Shown here: piece after piece, positions 22,901 to 36,220 of the stretch
How the letters are laid out: every line of letters starts with the position of its first letter
How positions within the stretch are numbered: position 1 is the first letter of the stretch
Origin: Gonapodya sp. JEL0774
Taxonomy: Eukaryota
NCBI GenBank assembly: GCA_027604505.1
Contig: JADIIX010000158.1
Location: 1-45,880, forward strand
Length of the DNA: 45,880 nucleotides
Direction: 5' to 3'
Translations under genes and position numbers: made by a program
The notes under the pieces: generated by a model
What the model was told of the DNA's origin: nothing
Databases searched by the model: none
What the model saw: the letters and a program-made list of their open reading frames with translations, nothing else

Positions 22901-25900
22901 ACGCATCAAATTTCGTCACGTCTGATACTCGGCCACGTGAGTAATAGATGGAAGCGGATGCCATGCAGCTCGAATGGGAGCGACGAGAGTTTGACTTAGA
23001 GCGGAACGTCTCATGTTTGGAGGAGGAACGGGAGCGGGTTTATCGAGCAGCATCAGCAGACGAGGTAGGTGAAAGGTGGTTTATTGCTTGTGGACCACTT
23101 ATAAGTAGATTCGCGGGGAAGTTGAAAGAGGTTCTCCCCGATCCGTCTTTGTCTCCCGGACATCAGTTGGAGTTCGCCGTTCAGCAGCTGGCAAAGAAGG
23201 CAAGGTTGCTGAGGGATTCCGATCTCAAACTGAAATTGCTTGAGGAGAACATCACCGAACTTCAAAAGGAGGTGAAAAGACATCAAAAGGAATCGTCGAA
23301 TCAGGAAGACGCCATTGCGAATCTGAAACACGAGGTGTCATTGTCCAAATTGTCACAGAAGCCTAGTGAGTGGAAAGTTAATCAATAAACCGGTAGTCAA
23401 TCTGCACAAAAATCGAAATAATGTATCAAAGGTCCAGAAAGCAAGGTTTCGGAAACTCAAGCATCCGACGATGACTCGGCGCAAATGGCCCAATCTACCC
23501 TCGAGTCTCTTCAAAGGCAACTTGAATTCAAAGAGGGAATGCTTTTTAAATATCAAGAAATGATCTCAAAGCAAAATGATGCATGGGAGATGCAAAAGGA
23601 GGTGATTCATTGTCGAGGTGCCCCGGCTATCGTCTCACCCTATGCCTCTACAGGCTGACCGAATTGAAATTCAGAGACTCTCAATGCTTGTTAGTGAGCT
23701 TAATTCCAGAGCGGTTGATAATCTCCAGCTGGAATCTGAATTGCAAAATATGGAACCGGTGGAGAACAAGTGAGACTGTATTCGAAGTTTAGGCATTTTC
23801 ACCACTCACCATCGTCTCACAAGAATGGAACAGGAGATTCTTATGCTGCACTCCATGCTGCACATTCGGGTGCGACCTTCGCTTCTCTTCCAGCACGTTC
23901 TTCATTTTGATTATTTTTGTTCAGGAACGTGAAATCGATGAGCTCAAGCAAAAATGTGCAGAATTACATGAAAGTCTTGACAGCAAACATACTCTGGTCC
24001 AACGGTGTGAGCAAGAGCTTCAAAATCAAGTCAATGAACACCACCAGGAGCAAGCCCGCATGGTACGTTTTTCAATGTTGTGCCGCCGGTGCCTTGCTCA
24101 CGCCATACGGACTCAAAGCACGAAGCAGTATCCCAACTACAACAAGCTCTTAACGCAGCTCGCAAAGAAGCGGCACAATCTCCTGCGAAAACAACCTTGG
24201 AGTTGGTAAAGCAACTGAAGTTGGAAGTTCTGAAGAAAACTGCAGTCGAAGGTACGCTCATATTACTGCCTCCCTTTTTTGATATTGTGGTGTTTCAGTT
24301 CCATTCGGGTAGCCGCATTGACCGGTGCAATGACACAGCTCAAGACTGCGATGCAGTTCGGAAAAGACCAAGAGTAAGTGAGGTCTTCGTGGCATTGCAC
24401 GGGTTTTTACTTTTTCTTGTCAAACTCATACAGAAGGTTAGCCTCGCGAAATATGCTGGAATTCAAGAAAGCGGGGTTCTTGGAAGGCGAATTGAACAAG
24501 TGGGCAGTTCGTCTTTTACCCTCTATGATTTCTGACGGGATGTATATATTTTTTTGCATTGGTAGGTTTAAAGAGCTGGCAGCTTCTCAAGGGAAGGAAT
24601 TAGAGCAGCTGAAACAACATTTAGGTGCGCATGAACTTTGAGAAGTTTTGTTTACCCAATTTAAGACCGTAACGTCCTGCAGCAAGGCGCGACACTCATC
24701 TGAAGCGTCTCAACGAAGAAAAGGCAAAAACACAAAAAGGATCGCAGGCTCATGTGGAACAGTCGCACCCCCTCACAGTGCGGCACGTTGACTCTTGCGC
24801 ATCTGTCTCCGATGCTTCAGTGCAGACGGATGGCTTATCCACCAGTTCTGAGCACGAACAGGTTTGGCGTCGAAAGATTGAAAAGTTGGAGGGAGCTCTT
24901 GATTTGAAGACACGACAAGTTCAGGACTTGCAAAAACAGCTTGAACAAGCAAAAATGCTGGTCACAAAAGTTCAGAAGCAGAGAGCTTCCGCCACCAGTC
25001 GAGCAGTCTCTGCTGCTACTGTGAAGAGTCGAGACGAAGACTCCGATACTTTCCAATTTGACCTTCAACGTCGATTCAACATTTTGCAACACAAGTATGA
25101 CAAACTCGAAAGGGAAATCTCAGTTGAAAACGGCAAAGATATTGCTCGCTTGCGACTAGAAAATGCGAGATTGCTTGCCAAGATCGCTGAGTTGGAAGTC
25201 AGCGACCGGGGACCCAGGACTGAGATGAGCGCATCTATCGATGAACAAGGAGCTGTTCATATTTTGGAAAAGACCGTCCGAGATTTGAAGGTAAGATCCA
25301 TGGTTGCTTTACAGTCAATATATGACTCTGAACTGATACTTTGATGGTAAGTTCGAAGTTCAGATAATGGAAGACCAAAAACTGAACTCTGATAACCAAG
25401 CACTTGAGTTTAAATACGAGAGAGATCATTTCATCTCCTTGTTGAGGCGGCTGGCTGCCGAGGTGAGTTGATTCGTTAGAACCCTGAAGTCCCCTGGGTT
25501 GACTATGGAGCATTTGTTGTTAAGTGTAACGAGACACTGAAAATGGATCCGAACATCTCAATTTCGGATAGCTTTTCAAACCTGAACTTGAAAGGTGAGG
25601 ATTTATTTGTATTCCTTCACATTTTACATGGTATATATGCTCCTCTCCTGGTTCTATATGTGTCAGGAGCATCTCCACAGACATTGACTCTCCTCATCGA
25701 ACAACTAACTAAACATGTGGAAAAGCTGCAGCAAGAAAACGGTGTACTCAAGAAGAATAAGAACTCCGCGTTCACAAACACTCGGTATATGCACATGGTG
25801 AATGAATTGCGTGCCCTTCGCAAAGACAAAGAGCTCGCTGTGTCGCTGGACCGTAAGAGATCACTCTTGGAGGATCACATTGCCAAGTAAGTCTTCTTAT

Positions 25901-26582
25901 AGGCTGATTGCCATCTTCTGCTGTTCATAATTGATCCTTGCGACGATAATCAAAATTGAAACCCCGGCATCCTAGGCTTGAGGCAGATGCTTCCAAAATG
26001 CGAACAAAAATGCGTTTGGCAAGTGAAAAGTCTGCCAAGTTGCAGGAGCAACTGTCTGAGCTGCAGACTGTCAAAGAAAACCTTTTGTTGGAGAACCAGT
26101 TGATGCGAAGCAAGGTGTCTGCGATAGATGACGCAGAGAAGGATCGCAGCACTACGAAGGAAGAGATCGAAAAGCTTCGTGGTATAATTCAGCAAAAGGA
26201 GCGTACTATACAGCAATTACTCCGCCCGGATGATCAAGATATCGGGGTGTCTGGAGAGAATCGACGTTTACACAAAGAGTTGGACGAATGGCGCGCGAGA
26301 GTTGCAAAACTAGAATCTCAAATCCAGATTCTCAAGACCAGCCTCGAAGAAGCGAAGGTACTATTAGAGACAGAGCGTTCCGCATTTCTGAGCAAACTCA
26401 AATCAGATGGCGAGGCGCGCCGCGTCTTGGCTGCTGAGAACGTTCAACTAAAGGAAGAACTCGAAGCTTCTGGGATTCATAACCCGGAATTCTGGGAGGA
26501 ACTCGAAGACTTAAAAGAAAATTACAAAGAGGCCCTTCGGTTAAACATTCGATACGAGCAAGAGCTCCAACTTAGAAATTAA
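16983..26582 (+). CDS. CEP290: Centrosomal/ciliary transition-zone protein CEP290 (NPHP6), many exons
   Basis: Extended coiled-coil with family-specific segments: N-terminal PLDWDRVLALD; LESGTYGLEDARAEIRDLEVQRSFRDKDI...LAEECDVLRGRLGM; LEEERLKLKSELR; ELQMEGDDKLTIGKLYNQICSLQISES; C-terminal NPEFWEELEDLKENYKEALRLN. The start is inferred. Confidence 0.9.
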
Positions 26583-27227
26583 TCCAATTTTATGTTGTCG
26601 CTCCCCTCTTCCATCCCCTCTTTCGAGATTCACCTGGTCCTTGGCGCGTGTTACTATGTTTCGAAAGGTTTATATTTATTTTGTACTTCTCTTTGTTTGC
26701 CTCTTGTTGTCAATGGCTCGCAGCAAGGATAACCTTTTACGCCTCCGATTCCAGCTAGAAACACGGAGCAGTTAGGGTTGACGGTAAGATATATTCATCG
26801 CCGTTAATCTTTATGGAGTGAATAGCACATGTCACCATTTTAAATAATTCCATGTAAGCTTTATCAGACGGCTTTGAATATATGAGTCTTGACATCGAGG
26901 GTACTTTTGTTACTTGATTTTCTGGTGAAACAAAATGGTCCTCATCTGCTCAGAGTGCGTTCTACTTTACAACCCTTACTACTTTACAACCTTGCGTTAC
27001 TATTCGCAGTCCCTTATCTTTTGTCGACTTGACAAGGAGGGAGGACGTGGTGTCAGCCCTCAACAGAACTCACGGTTTGATGGCCGATACTGCGTTGGAG
27101 GATTTGTCGCATTCCGTACGATGAGCGAGTAGGGGGGATGGAAAAGGATAGTTGACGAGTGTCCAGAATAAATTGATTGTGAACACTATACGCTATACAT
27201 TAAATGAAATGGTTCAAATGTACGTGA

Positions 27228-30200
27228 TTAGAAAATGTACTGTACGTTCTCCCACTGCTTTTCGAATTTGCTCCACACTGGCTCCCATGCCCCTGTAGCT
27301 CGCTCTTCTGAATCCGTTTTGGCCAGTGGTGGACGAAAGAGCGGCATAAATGGCTTCCCTGTTATCATTGCTACAATCTCCTTGATGTCCTTACACTTGT
27401 CCAAGTCCTCTGGAACTTTTAACTCCAACTTTCGTGTTCTTTTCCTTGGATGGTCTAAATAGACACGAGGACCCGACTCTGAAGCTGACGTCTGCAGAGA
27501 GTTTGGGACAAAGGACCCGTTCAACACCAGCCTGTCGTTCTCAGAGGTCTCACGAGCAAGAGAGTCGACACTTCCCAACGCAAGAGCGGACGATAATGGA
27601 ACATCACTGCGCGTGGTCATGAGAACGGGTACGTCAATGGCATCCCCATGGCTTGTGCTTTCGAGTACCATCACAATGTCCGGCATCGTTGATGTGGAGA
27701 TCCCACCTCCAGAATTTTGCACAGTTTCGCAAGATCCATTGGGTTCTAACTCTGCCTCCTTGGAAGTCTCGATAGCAATAGGAACATGCAGAGTGGCATT
27801 GTCCTCCTTCACTGGTGCAGGCGGGGCTCCAATGACACCATGCGTGATTGCAGGCGGTGAAAGTTCCTCTCCTTCGTCCAGGTCTATTTCCATGACCTCA
27901 CCGACTGCTGGAGTATCCCACCGCACACCGTCTTGGTGAACTGAGAGGGTGACTTCTGTGACGTCACTTCGCAGGACAGCAAGCCCGAATAGACGGGAAA
28001 AGATGTTGTTAACCAACACCCAATGACAGTATTCGCATGACTACGGGGAACTTACGTGGGGATTTCTGTAAGTAGCTGTGCGAAGAAGCGCGAAAAACGA
28101 AGCTTCGTGGGAGGGGTGTATCGTCTACCATATGAAGTCTTAATCAGCGTGACATCCAACGATGCGACTCACACAAAAATTCTATCCATGGGCAACTTAC
28201 TGGCAACGCGGGCAATGCCACTTTGGTTCCACCGCTGTGGGCGTCCTTGCATTGACTTGCAGATACGATGCAAGATCAAATGGCTTCTGAAAGTGCTGGC
28301 ATGTTTCACCCACAACCGGGTGCTGGATGCGTCCGCCAGAGAGGGGATCAATAAGTGGGACTTTCCCTAAAGTATTCTCCCCCATAATAACGTCATCATC
28401 ATCGCCGCCATCAGTTGAGATGATGAAGGGCGAGAGAAGATTCGTTACTGTAGGTTACGGGTGTAGTGAGCTCGAGGAATACACCTGCAAACCGATGGAT
28501 TGACTTACTCATTTGAACTTCTTCTGCGACTCCGAGAGCATTTTCATTTACAACGTGCTGTATAGCTTCTTTGCTCAGCCACGCCGTCCACCTGGCTTCG
28601 ATATCAAACATCCTTTCAGCAGGGTACTGAAAGGCCTGGTCCCACTCAACCCGCACAATGTTCAATCCGCATGCGGGAAGAAGATATGGCCCCAAGTCGC
28701 ACGGGCGGTCACGGTAAGTATCGAGGAAGGCTCCTTGCACTGGCTCTGTCTGTGGTTTCCGGACGCGCTGTGATGAAGCGATCGGAACTGAGTCGCGTGC
28801 AAAAATTATACAACGCGAAAACAAGAGACGTACTTTTTCAAGGGACACGCGCTTGCCATTACACCACACTTGAATCCCTTCATGCCACTCAACTGTAGGC
28901 GGTATCACTCCTGCTTTGAAACTCCACAATAAAACCGTCTTCCCATCAGCATTTTCTCCCAGTCCACCACCTAGTCCAACCGGCGTCGCAAACCTGATCT
29001 CAGCCGCCGGAGCAAAACCTCTTTGGTACGGCGGTGCCGGGATCACAAATCTTGCCAGTGCACCTGTATCGCCGGCCACTGGAACGGGGTAAAGGTTTGG
29101 ATCCGGTGGTGGAGGGTGTGGTGGAGGCGGAGCGCGTGCCTCGGCTTTCTTGTATGCGGTGATAGTAGAGTCGAGGAGGGACCTTGCGCGGGAGTCGAGG
29201 AGGTTAAAGTGGGAGGTGAGGTGGTCAATGACGCGATAGGCGCTTGGCAGTGAGGCGTGGTTCGAATGCAAAAAGTGAAGTGAAATGTGCTGAATGAGAT
29301 TGATGAGGGGCAAGAGGATTGGGGGAACAAAGGCTGCAAGTGGAGGTTGGATCCGATGGACCATTCGTGAGTGAAAATGCGCTCTCGATTCAATGCACGT
29401 ACGTAGCACACAAACCCACCTGTTATCCCGATGCTCACAATCTCTTGACAGGTCATCAAAGCACCGGCCACATCTCCCTCGCCCACCGCCCCGAGTGCAT
29501 AAACCTTCCCTCCGCCGAGACCAGTAGCTCCCCCAACATCATAAGCACCTGGCCACCCCACCCTATGTCCCGCTGCGCCAATTGACAATTGAGTGCGGTG
29601 CAGCAGTGTCACCTCAGGTGCAGTCGGTGGCGGAGTGCGAGCTGCTGCGGGGGTGTTGGGGACGGTGGGAGTTGAGACGGAAGGTGGCGCGGTTCCACGT
29701 GTTGAGGTCGGCGGTACTGCCGTAGGGCGATAGATCATCTGAGATGCCGAGTTGGATGGTGCAGGGGCGGGCGCGGACGTCGGGCGGGGGGCAATTGGCC
29801 TGTACAGTCGATGTGATTGATTGAGCCACTGTTGGTGCTCTTGTCCAGCTTCAAAGTGCGAATACCGTTGTTGGTGCTGCTGTTGTGGCGTAAGAGACCC
29901 TTGTGTCACAAATTGTTGATGTTGCTGCGAAATCATCGTTTGCTGGTGTGCGTTGTGAGGGTACGACATGGCAGGCGTTGGTCCTTGCATTTGAGACTGC
30001 TGTGCCGCTCTCCCTCGCGGCTGCCTCGGATCGGCCCCTCTCGCATTGAACGCGATGATATCTCTCACTATCTCCTCATGTGACGATGCATTGTCCTGGT
30101 GTCCAATTTGTGTGTACACCGTCCTATTTGGCCGTTGACCCCGTCCCCGGTTAGATCCGTATGGACGCACCACTGGACGACCAGTAGGTGTGGTGGTAGT

Positions 30201-31706
30201 CATGAGGGGAGGACGGGCGCTGCTTATGGTCTGGGTCTGGCTAGGCACCGAATGGAACGCTTGCGAAATTGAAGCAGTGGTAGATGTGGGGGAGAACAAC
30301 AAAGATGTGCCGGAGGATGTTGGCCTTGTTGACAGAGGGGGAAGGACAGGCGCGGGGAGCAATGTGTCGCGCGGATTTCTATGTAAGCCAATAGGGAGTA
30401 GAGCAGGTGCAGTCTGTTGAAGGGTCGGAGTTGACGGAGGACTGACAACCCGTGAACGTTGGTGCTCTTGCTGATGGAGCTGATGGTTCGACAACGCAGG
30501 GTCGATGGTGACGGTTGCAGATACTGAGGAAACGGTGCTCGTGGGAGCTGTCGGAGGTGCAAGAGACGTTGCTGCAGCAGATGACGTAAGTGAGCGAAGT
30601 GTCTGCGCTGGGGTCGCCGCCGGAGATGTCGAAGTTGAGGGAGGTGCCAGGGCTCGCGGTACCCCTTGTGCGATCCCGTCTCCTACGGACTGTGCAACCC
30701 TGTCGCCTGATACGCTTTCCAAACCAGTACCCGCCCGAACGCCCAGACCAGACGCTACCTGAAGCGTCGTAGCGATCGAGGGCGTAGTCGCTGTAGTGGC
30801 GGGGTTAATTTGTGTCTGTTGGACACCATTTAAAACGAATGGAATGGAGGAGATCCGAGCGGGAATGGAAGGAGGAAGTGGCTGTGCGGGTACTGGTGGC
30901 GCAGAAATTGGGGCAGACAACTGCGAGGATACTGCCGCGGCAGCTGCCGGTGGTATTCTAGCCTCGGCTCCTGCATTCTCATCTCTAGTCGCGCCACGTA
31001 GTGTAGCAGCTTCATTCACACGAAAATCACCAAGCGCTCCTCTGTCAGCTCCCTCTGGGCGGGTAGAGGGACCATCGGAAATGCCCCCGACTCTCATTCC
31101 CGCGCTCCCTCCTGCGTTCCCCCGCACCACCACACCGGTCATTGCAACAGTACTTTGAGTCAGAGCAGCGTTTTTCATCCGTGCTTGCAAGATTTTCGTG
31201 GCAGCAAGGCGGAGTTTGTCCTGTTCGGAGCTTTCAAGTAAGGCAGAATGGGGAAGAGAAGTGGGGGGAGCGGCAACAGTGGTTGAGGTTGCAACGGAAG
31301 GTCGCACCGTCGGAGCGGTGGTGGGTGCTGCTGTGCTTGCGGTTGTATTCAAACGAGCGTTGGGGGGTGAAGAGGTGGTAGGCCGGGGGACTACGTTCAC
31401 AATACGTTGCCCACTCGTTCCACTGCTCCCGGCGCTGCTATTCTGACCATTTGTCATAGGACGAGTTGCAATCGTGTGATTGTGTTGAGAAGTTGGTGCT
31501 ACCATTGGTTGTCTTGAAACGGTTGTGTTAAGGAGAACACCGTCCTTGTCGAACCATTTCCCGTCCCTATCGATGTAGTACAGGGTACCGGCGACGACGC
31601 GCTGGTAAAGTGGACTTTTTGCACCCGCCTCCGCCGCGCGATTTACCTCCCTCTGCTGGATTTCCACTGGAGTCAGCGAGTCATTTTCTCCTGTCCCGCC
31701 CTCCAT
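27228..31706 (-). CDS. SP-RING/MIZ zinc-finger protein (PIAS/Siz/ZMIZ-like SUMO E3 family) with a long low-complexity P/T/Q-rich N-terminus, spliced
   Basis: The zinc-finger exon at about 28200-28380 reads VPLIDPLSGGRIQHPVVGETCQHFQKPFDLASYLQVNARTPTAVEPKWHCPRC. The upstream EWHEGIQVWCNG...PCDLGPYL...GLNIVRV is PINIT-like. Long ORFs 29043-31781 (ATG 31706) and 27228-28019. Confidence 0.8.
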
Positions 31707-32259
31707 CTTTTGAGCGCTTCTGTTCTCCTTCCCTCTGCACTTTTCGTTGGCGGATAGAAATGTTAACTGGAGTTTGAGCACTTCATGCGCAAGAAGGAGG
31801 TGAAGTCAACATGAGAATGCGAAGCAATGGGAAGATTCCCACCACCTCCTTCTGTTCAAAACTTCAGCGAAACTGCGGAGTCGCTAAACAATTAGAGTGA
31901 ATGAAGGCGCCTCCACCAGTATATTTTCCGTTGCTTTCACTCCCCACCTTCTCTCCTTCCTCATACAACACGTGTGTTATCGTTATCTGATTGTCGCTAC
32001 AAAGATTCATTCCCCTTAGTTTCTCCTTTTTCTTTCCTTGTCCGTCACTCTTCACCACCGCTCTTCGATATGAAGACCAAAGAGGCGTTCCAGATGGACG
32101 CCGCTTGACATGGGTCAATAGTATTTGTTCATTATGGGTTCGGCGGACTACTGACGATATACATACACGTACAAGGAAAAAAAAAAAAAATTCAAAAACA
32201 ACAAGCGTAACAATTATCGTTGTTCAGATTGGAATTTGTCCGAAATTACGGTCAAGTGC

Positions 32260-35200
32260 TTCATGAGTTCCTCTGCCAGCTTCAGAAGTTCTGAATTTGT
32301 GACTCGGCAGTTTCCATCGCCAAAGGGTCTGGGTGGGAGGGAGAGGAAATGAATTCCTTCCGAATGAACTGATAGCGTGACATGGGTAACATCGCTATGG
32401 AAGCAACATGAGACAAGTTTGATACGGTGGGGATGTGGATGAAACAAGTCGTGTAATGGAGGCTCCATTGTGACTCACGGTGGCATCTGATCCAAAATCA
32501 ATGCAAACAAGTTCATAACAACTTGTGAGATACGTGAATATCTGTCGACTGTTACAACGACAGTGTGTCAAACTCACTTGCATCTCGGACAAACTCCACG
32601 TCGGTTCTGCCTTCGTCGGCAATCTCGCATTCTCTGTTAAATACCCATCAGGATCAAATGGTCTCTGAACATGCTGACATCCTTCCCCGAGCACTGGGCA
32701 CTGCAACCGGGCATCGGACAGTGCCATGTTGAGTGAAATGTGCCTAAGAATGTTCTCGCTCTTAATAATATCGTCGTCGCCCTGAGAGCTATCTGCATCT
32801 TTGATGGAATCATTTGGGGAGAGGAGCTTAAAGCTTTGAGACTGGCAGTGCTGAGATGATTAGAGCATGTTATATTGTCATATCACCAGAGAACTCACTT
32901 CTCTTGACTTCCTCTTCAAGTCCTATCGTATTCCCAACCACACCTTCCTTCACACCTTGTCGATCTACCCACGCCATCCACTTGGCAACGAGCTCGAACG
33001 CCCTTTCGTGTGGTACTGAAAGATGGATTCCACTCGACTCGCACAACGTTCATACCACAAACGGAAAGAAGGAAAGGGCCCAAATAACAAGGAAGGTCAG
33101 GGTTGGGTAAGGGGAACGGGGGGAGGGAGGGGGAAAGAGTTCCATTGTCAGAGGGAAGAGGTTCGGATCCGGAGGAGTGGGAGCGGCGCCGGTGTTTCAC
33201 GTTGTGCGAAATTGTTGGTTGTCGATACGGTGGCGTCTAAACGTGCGCGAGCGCGGGAATCAAGGAGGCGGGGGAGGGAACTGAATGACCGGATAGAGTG
33301 GAAAAGTGAAGGGATGGGGGGGTGGACGGAGTGCCAAAAGTGCAAAGAAATGTGGTGGAGAAGGGCGAGAAGGAGCAAAAAACGAGCGGGAAGAGTGCTG
33401 CAGGGTGGGGAAACCGGAAGGTCGGAATACATGCGCACAAACAATTCCGATCACCTTTCTCGCAGAGTAGCTTACCATCGATGCCCTCAACAACTCCCGC
33501 ACACTCCTTCAACGCCTTCACTACATCCACTTTCCTCACGGCCCCCAATGCAACCCAAGCAGAATGTCACCACCACCACCTTTACCCTAATTTCACCACC
33601 GAATCCACCAGGCCCACCTATGCCATAAGCTCCAAGCCAACCGACCGGGTTGCTCGCGAATTCGATCATTGCTTTGGCGCGGACGAGATTCTTGAATGGC
33701 CGAACTAGATCAGTGCCGCCGATGCGCAGAGGGCTGGAGCTTGGTGACGCAGAGCCTCTGTCATAACTGGCGTGTCTGAAGATGATAACGGTATGACTGG
33801 TGTCGATGTACCTTGAAGTAAAGTCACTTTCGCAGGCTCAGGAGAGCCCGACTCGGCTTCTTGAACACCACCGAGATCCACGTCCGCATCAGCCACCCCG
33901 TCCGGTTCTGGATGAACATTTATCTGCATCTGCTGCCGCTCTTTGAATCCACGAGCCACTGATCCGGTGTTCCCGTCATGGCTCTCCAAGAACGACCGCG
34001 CAGAGAAATTGTCGCTGTCGCCACCGCCTGACCTTGCTCTCTTGCTAGGCCCGACTCAGTTCTCTTGTCAGCCAGTGTCCGCCTACGTGGTCGTCCTCTC
34101 GCACGTGTCTCATTCCCTATTGCCCTTCTTTCCCACCGATGCCGATTTGTCAACATTGTCAAACGCTTCTCTTGCCGGCACAGCCTGAGGCAACGTCTGG
34201 CCCGTCATCATCACCGTTTGAGATTCGGTCCATGAATACTTGGTTACCTCAGATCTACCTCTGCCTCGCAAAGCACGGCCACCCCGCCCAGTATCGCCGA
34301 CACCTTGTCCATCGTGCGCCGTTGCTTCCATTGTTTGAGCTGCGGCCCGGACCTCACGCAAAAGTTCCAAGTGGGATGAGTACAGTGGCTCTCGGGCGTC
34401 TGCATGGTGGGAATGATGTTCGATGGTGGAGTGCTCGCTCCCTCGCCCGAGGTGATGCAAGCTCGTGTCCAAAGAGGAAACTGGCGCCCAGGCCTCGGGC
34501 AAAAGATCCGAGCGCAATGATTGATCTCGCTTTCCGCGAGGGGTAGCAGGCGAGTGATTTTCGACGACCGCGCGGGCCCATTGTTGCCATCATTGTCAGG
34601 GCTGGCGTGGGCGCGGGCATTGAACGAGGTACAGGCGCGCGGTGGTGCCGGAGTAAGAGGGTTCGGAAGGTTGGAGTTCGCGAACAAGTCGCTTTTGTGA
34701 AGGTGGGTAGGAGACGCGGCACTTGGTGGGGAATGCACTGACTGGTCGGTAATGGATGGTACAATGATATGGCTCGCTGGGATTGATGTATTCGCCGTCC
34801 ATGACAGGTAATTTGGAGAGCAATTGACGCCCGCTATCCGCCTCTGTGTTTTTGAAAATGCATTGATTGTTCTTCCTTTGTCTGTTTCAAGACCGCCTCG
34901 TCAAAATGCTCATCCTTGTAAGCACTCACAGCATGCTGATCCAAATAGGCACGAGCGTCGACTCTTTCCCATGTTTCTGTGGCATCACACACCTTCAACT
35001 GACCTTGACGGATCAGCAACTAGGTGGGATGTGGGAACAAGAACGGGGGTCTGGTCCCTGTTTGGTAAGAACCTGTGATTGGGGTCGAAGCTGGAGTTGT
35101 TCAGATGGCACATGTGCGAGAGACTATTATGTGCTGGACGCTCTGGTGCGACGAGAAGGAAGGTAGCGGATGCTGGTCGCCTCGTCAGGTGCCACACACT

Positions 35201-35419
35201 TCTGGTGGCGTGAGGAGCGGGTTCAGCTTGTGCTGTTGAAAGGAACGTACGAATCGACGGGGCCGCGTGCGAGAGCAAGAGCAAGATCGCGTGTTGAAGT
35301 GACAATGTCCGTGGGATGTTGCTCCCCGAGGTAAGATCCAATTCAATCTCGACGAACTGCCGTGTTCCATGATTCAACCTGGCCATACTGCCATCACCTG
35401 CTTCTGCGCTGACGTCCAT
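32260..35419 (-). pseudogene. Degenerate tandem paralogue of the adjacent SP-RING gene (5' boundary uncertain)
   Basis: Collinear blocks: VGWLGAYGIGG vs VGWPGAYDVGG; LLDSRARARLDAT vs LLDSRARSLLDST; PCYLGPFLLSVCGMNVVRVEW vs PCDLGPYLLPACGLNIVRVEW; GEGCQHVQRPFD..EPTW; SDVTHVTLSVH vs SDVTEVTLSVH. Frameshifts near 33550 and inside W-S-C-P-R-C (about 32595), an internal deletion and stop codons. Confidence 0.75.
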
Positions 35420-36220
35420 GGTTTGACTTCAGATATTTTCAGCGTTTTAGTTTCCCATTGGTGATGGCTGGCCTTGGCTGGCTTTCCCAACGAAGGATCA
35501 GGCCGAAGTCACAAGATGCCATGTTTGTGTTTGAACCCCTTCATCAGGATCGTTTCTGTGGAAGAAATTGCATTCAGTCGACTAAGCGGTTCATGCTACA
35601 TATGTATGCAAAAGTCGACACTCTCCCTGCCTTCCTACACTAGACACTCAGATCGCGTAATTTGATTGCGTTCTGGTCTATGACGAAATTGGCTTCCTGG
35701 TCGAATTATCCATCTCCAAGCATCCTTCGAAAATGAAATTACTGGGTGACTACTGCTGTGTGCACACGAGTTTGGCATTTGGAATCCTGCCGCGGCAAAG
35801 GTGCGCCGTGTCATGCATCGATGTTTGCACCACAATTGCATGAACAGTTTTGTCATCAATTGCAAGAACGATATTACGCCTTCTTGGAGAATGTTACATT
35901 TCTGTTTTTGCTCTCGGTTTCATGAGCCAATGCGAATCGAAGAGGGGATGTAAAAACCCAAGAGCATAGTAGTACGAGGGTGAAAAAAAAGGTTGGGCCA
36001 TAATATATTGCCCACTACCACAGCAAATTCACATCCCATCCACTCAAGGCAAGGCAAACAACCGCTTCTATTCATATCCTGGCTCTGCAAAGTAACAATC
36101 CTGCGCCCCTAGTGGTCGCTCGCGCGTTTGGGCCGTTTCCGACAGTCCGCAACAATTGTTAGGGAGATCGGCCCACATTCTCCCCCCCCCCACGGTTGTT
36201 GAGACAAAAAAAATTCCATC

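Noticed and set aside
34824..35078. ORF ending in LFGKNL, resembling the CoA-transferase C-terminus
   Set aside because: Only a short match with no other collinear similarity; it lies antisense to the decayed paralogue region.
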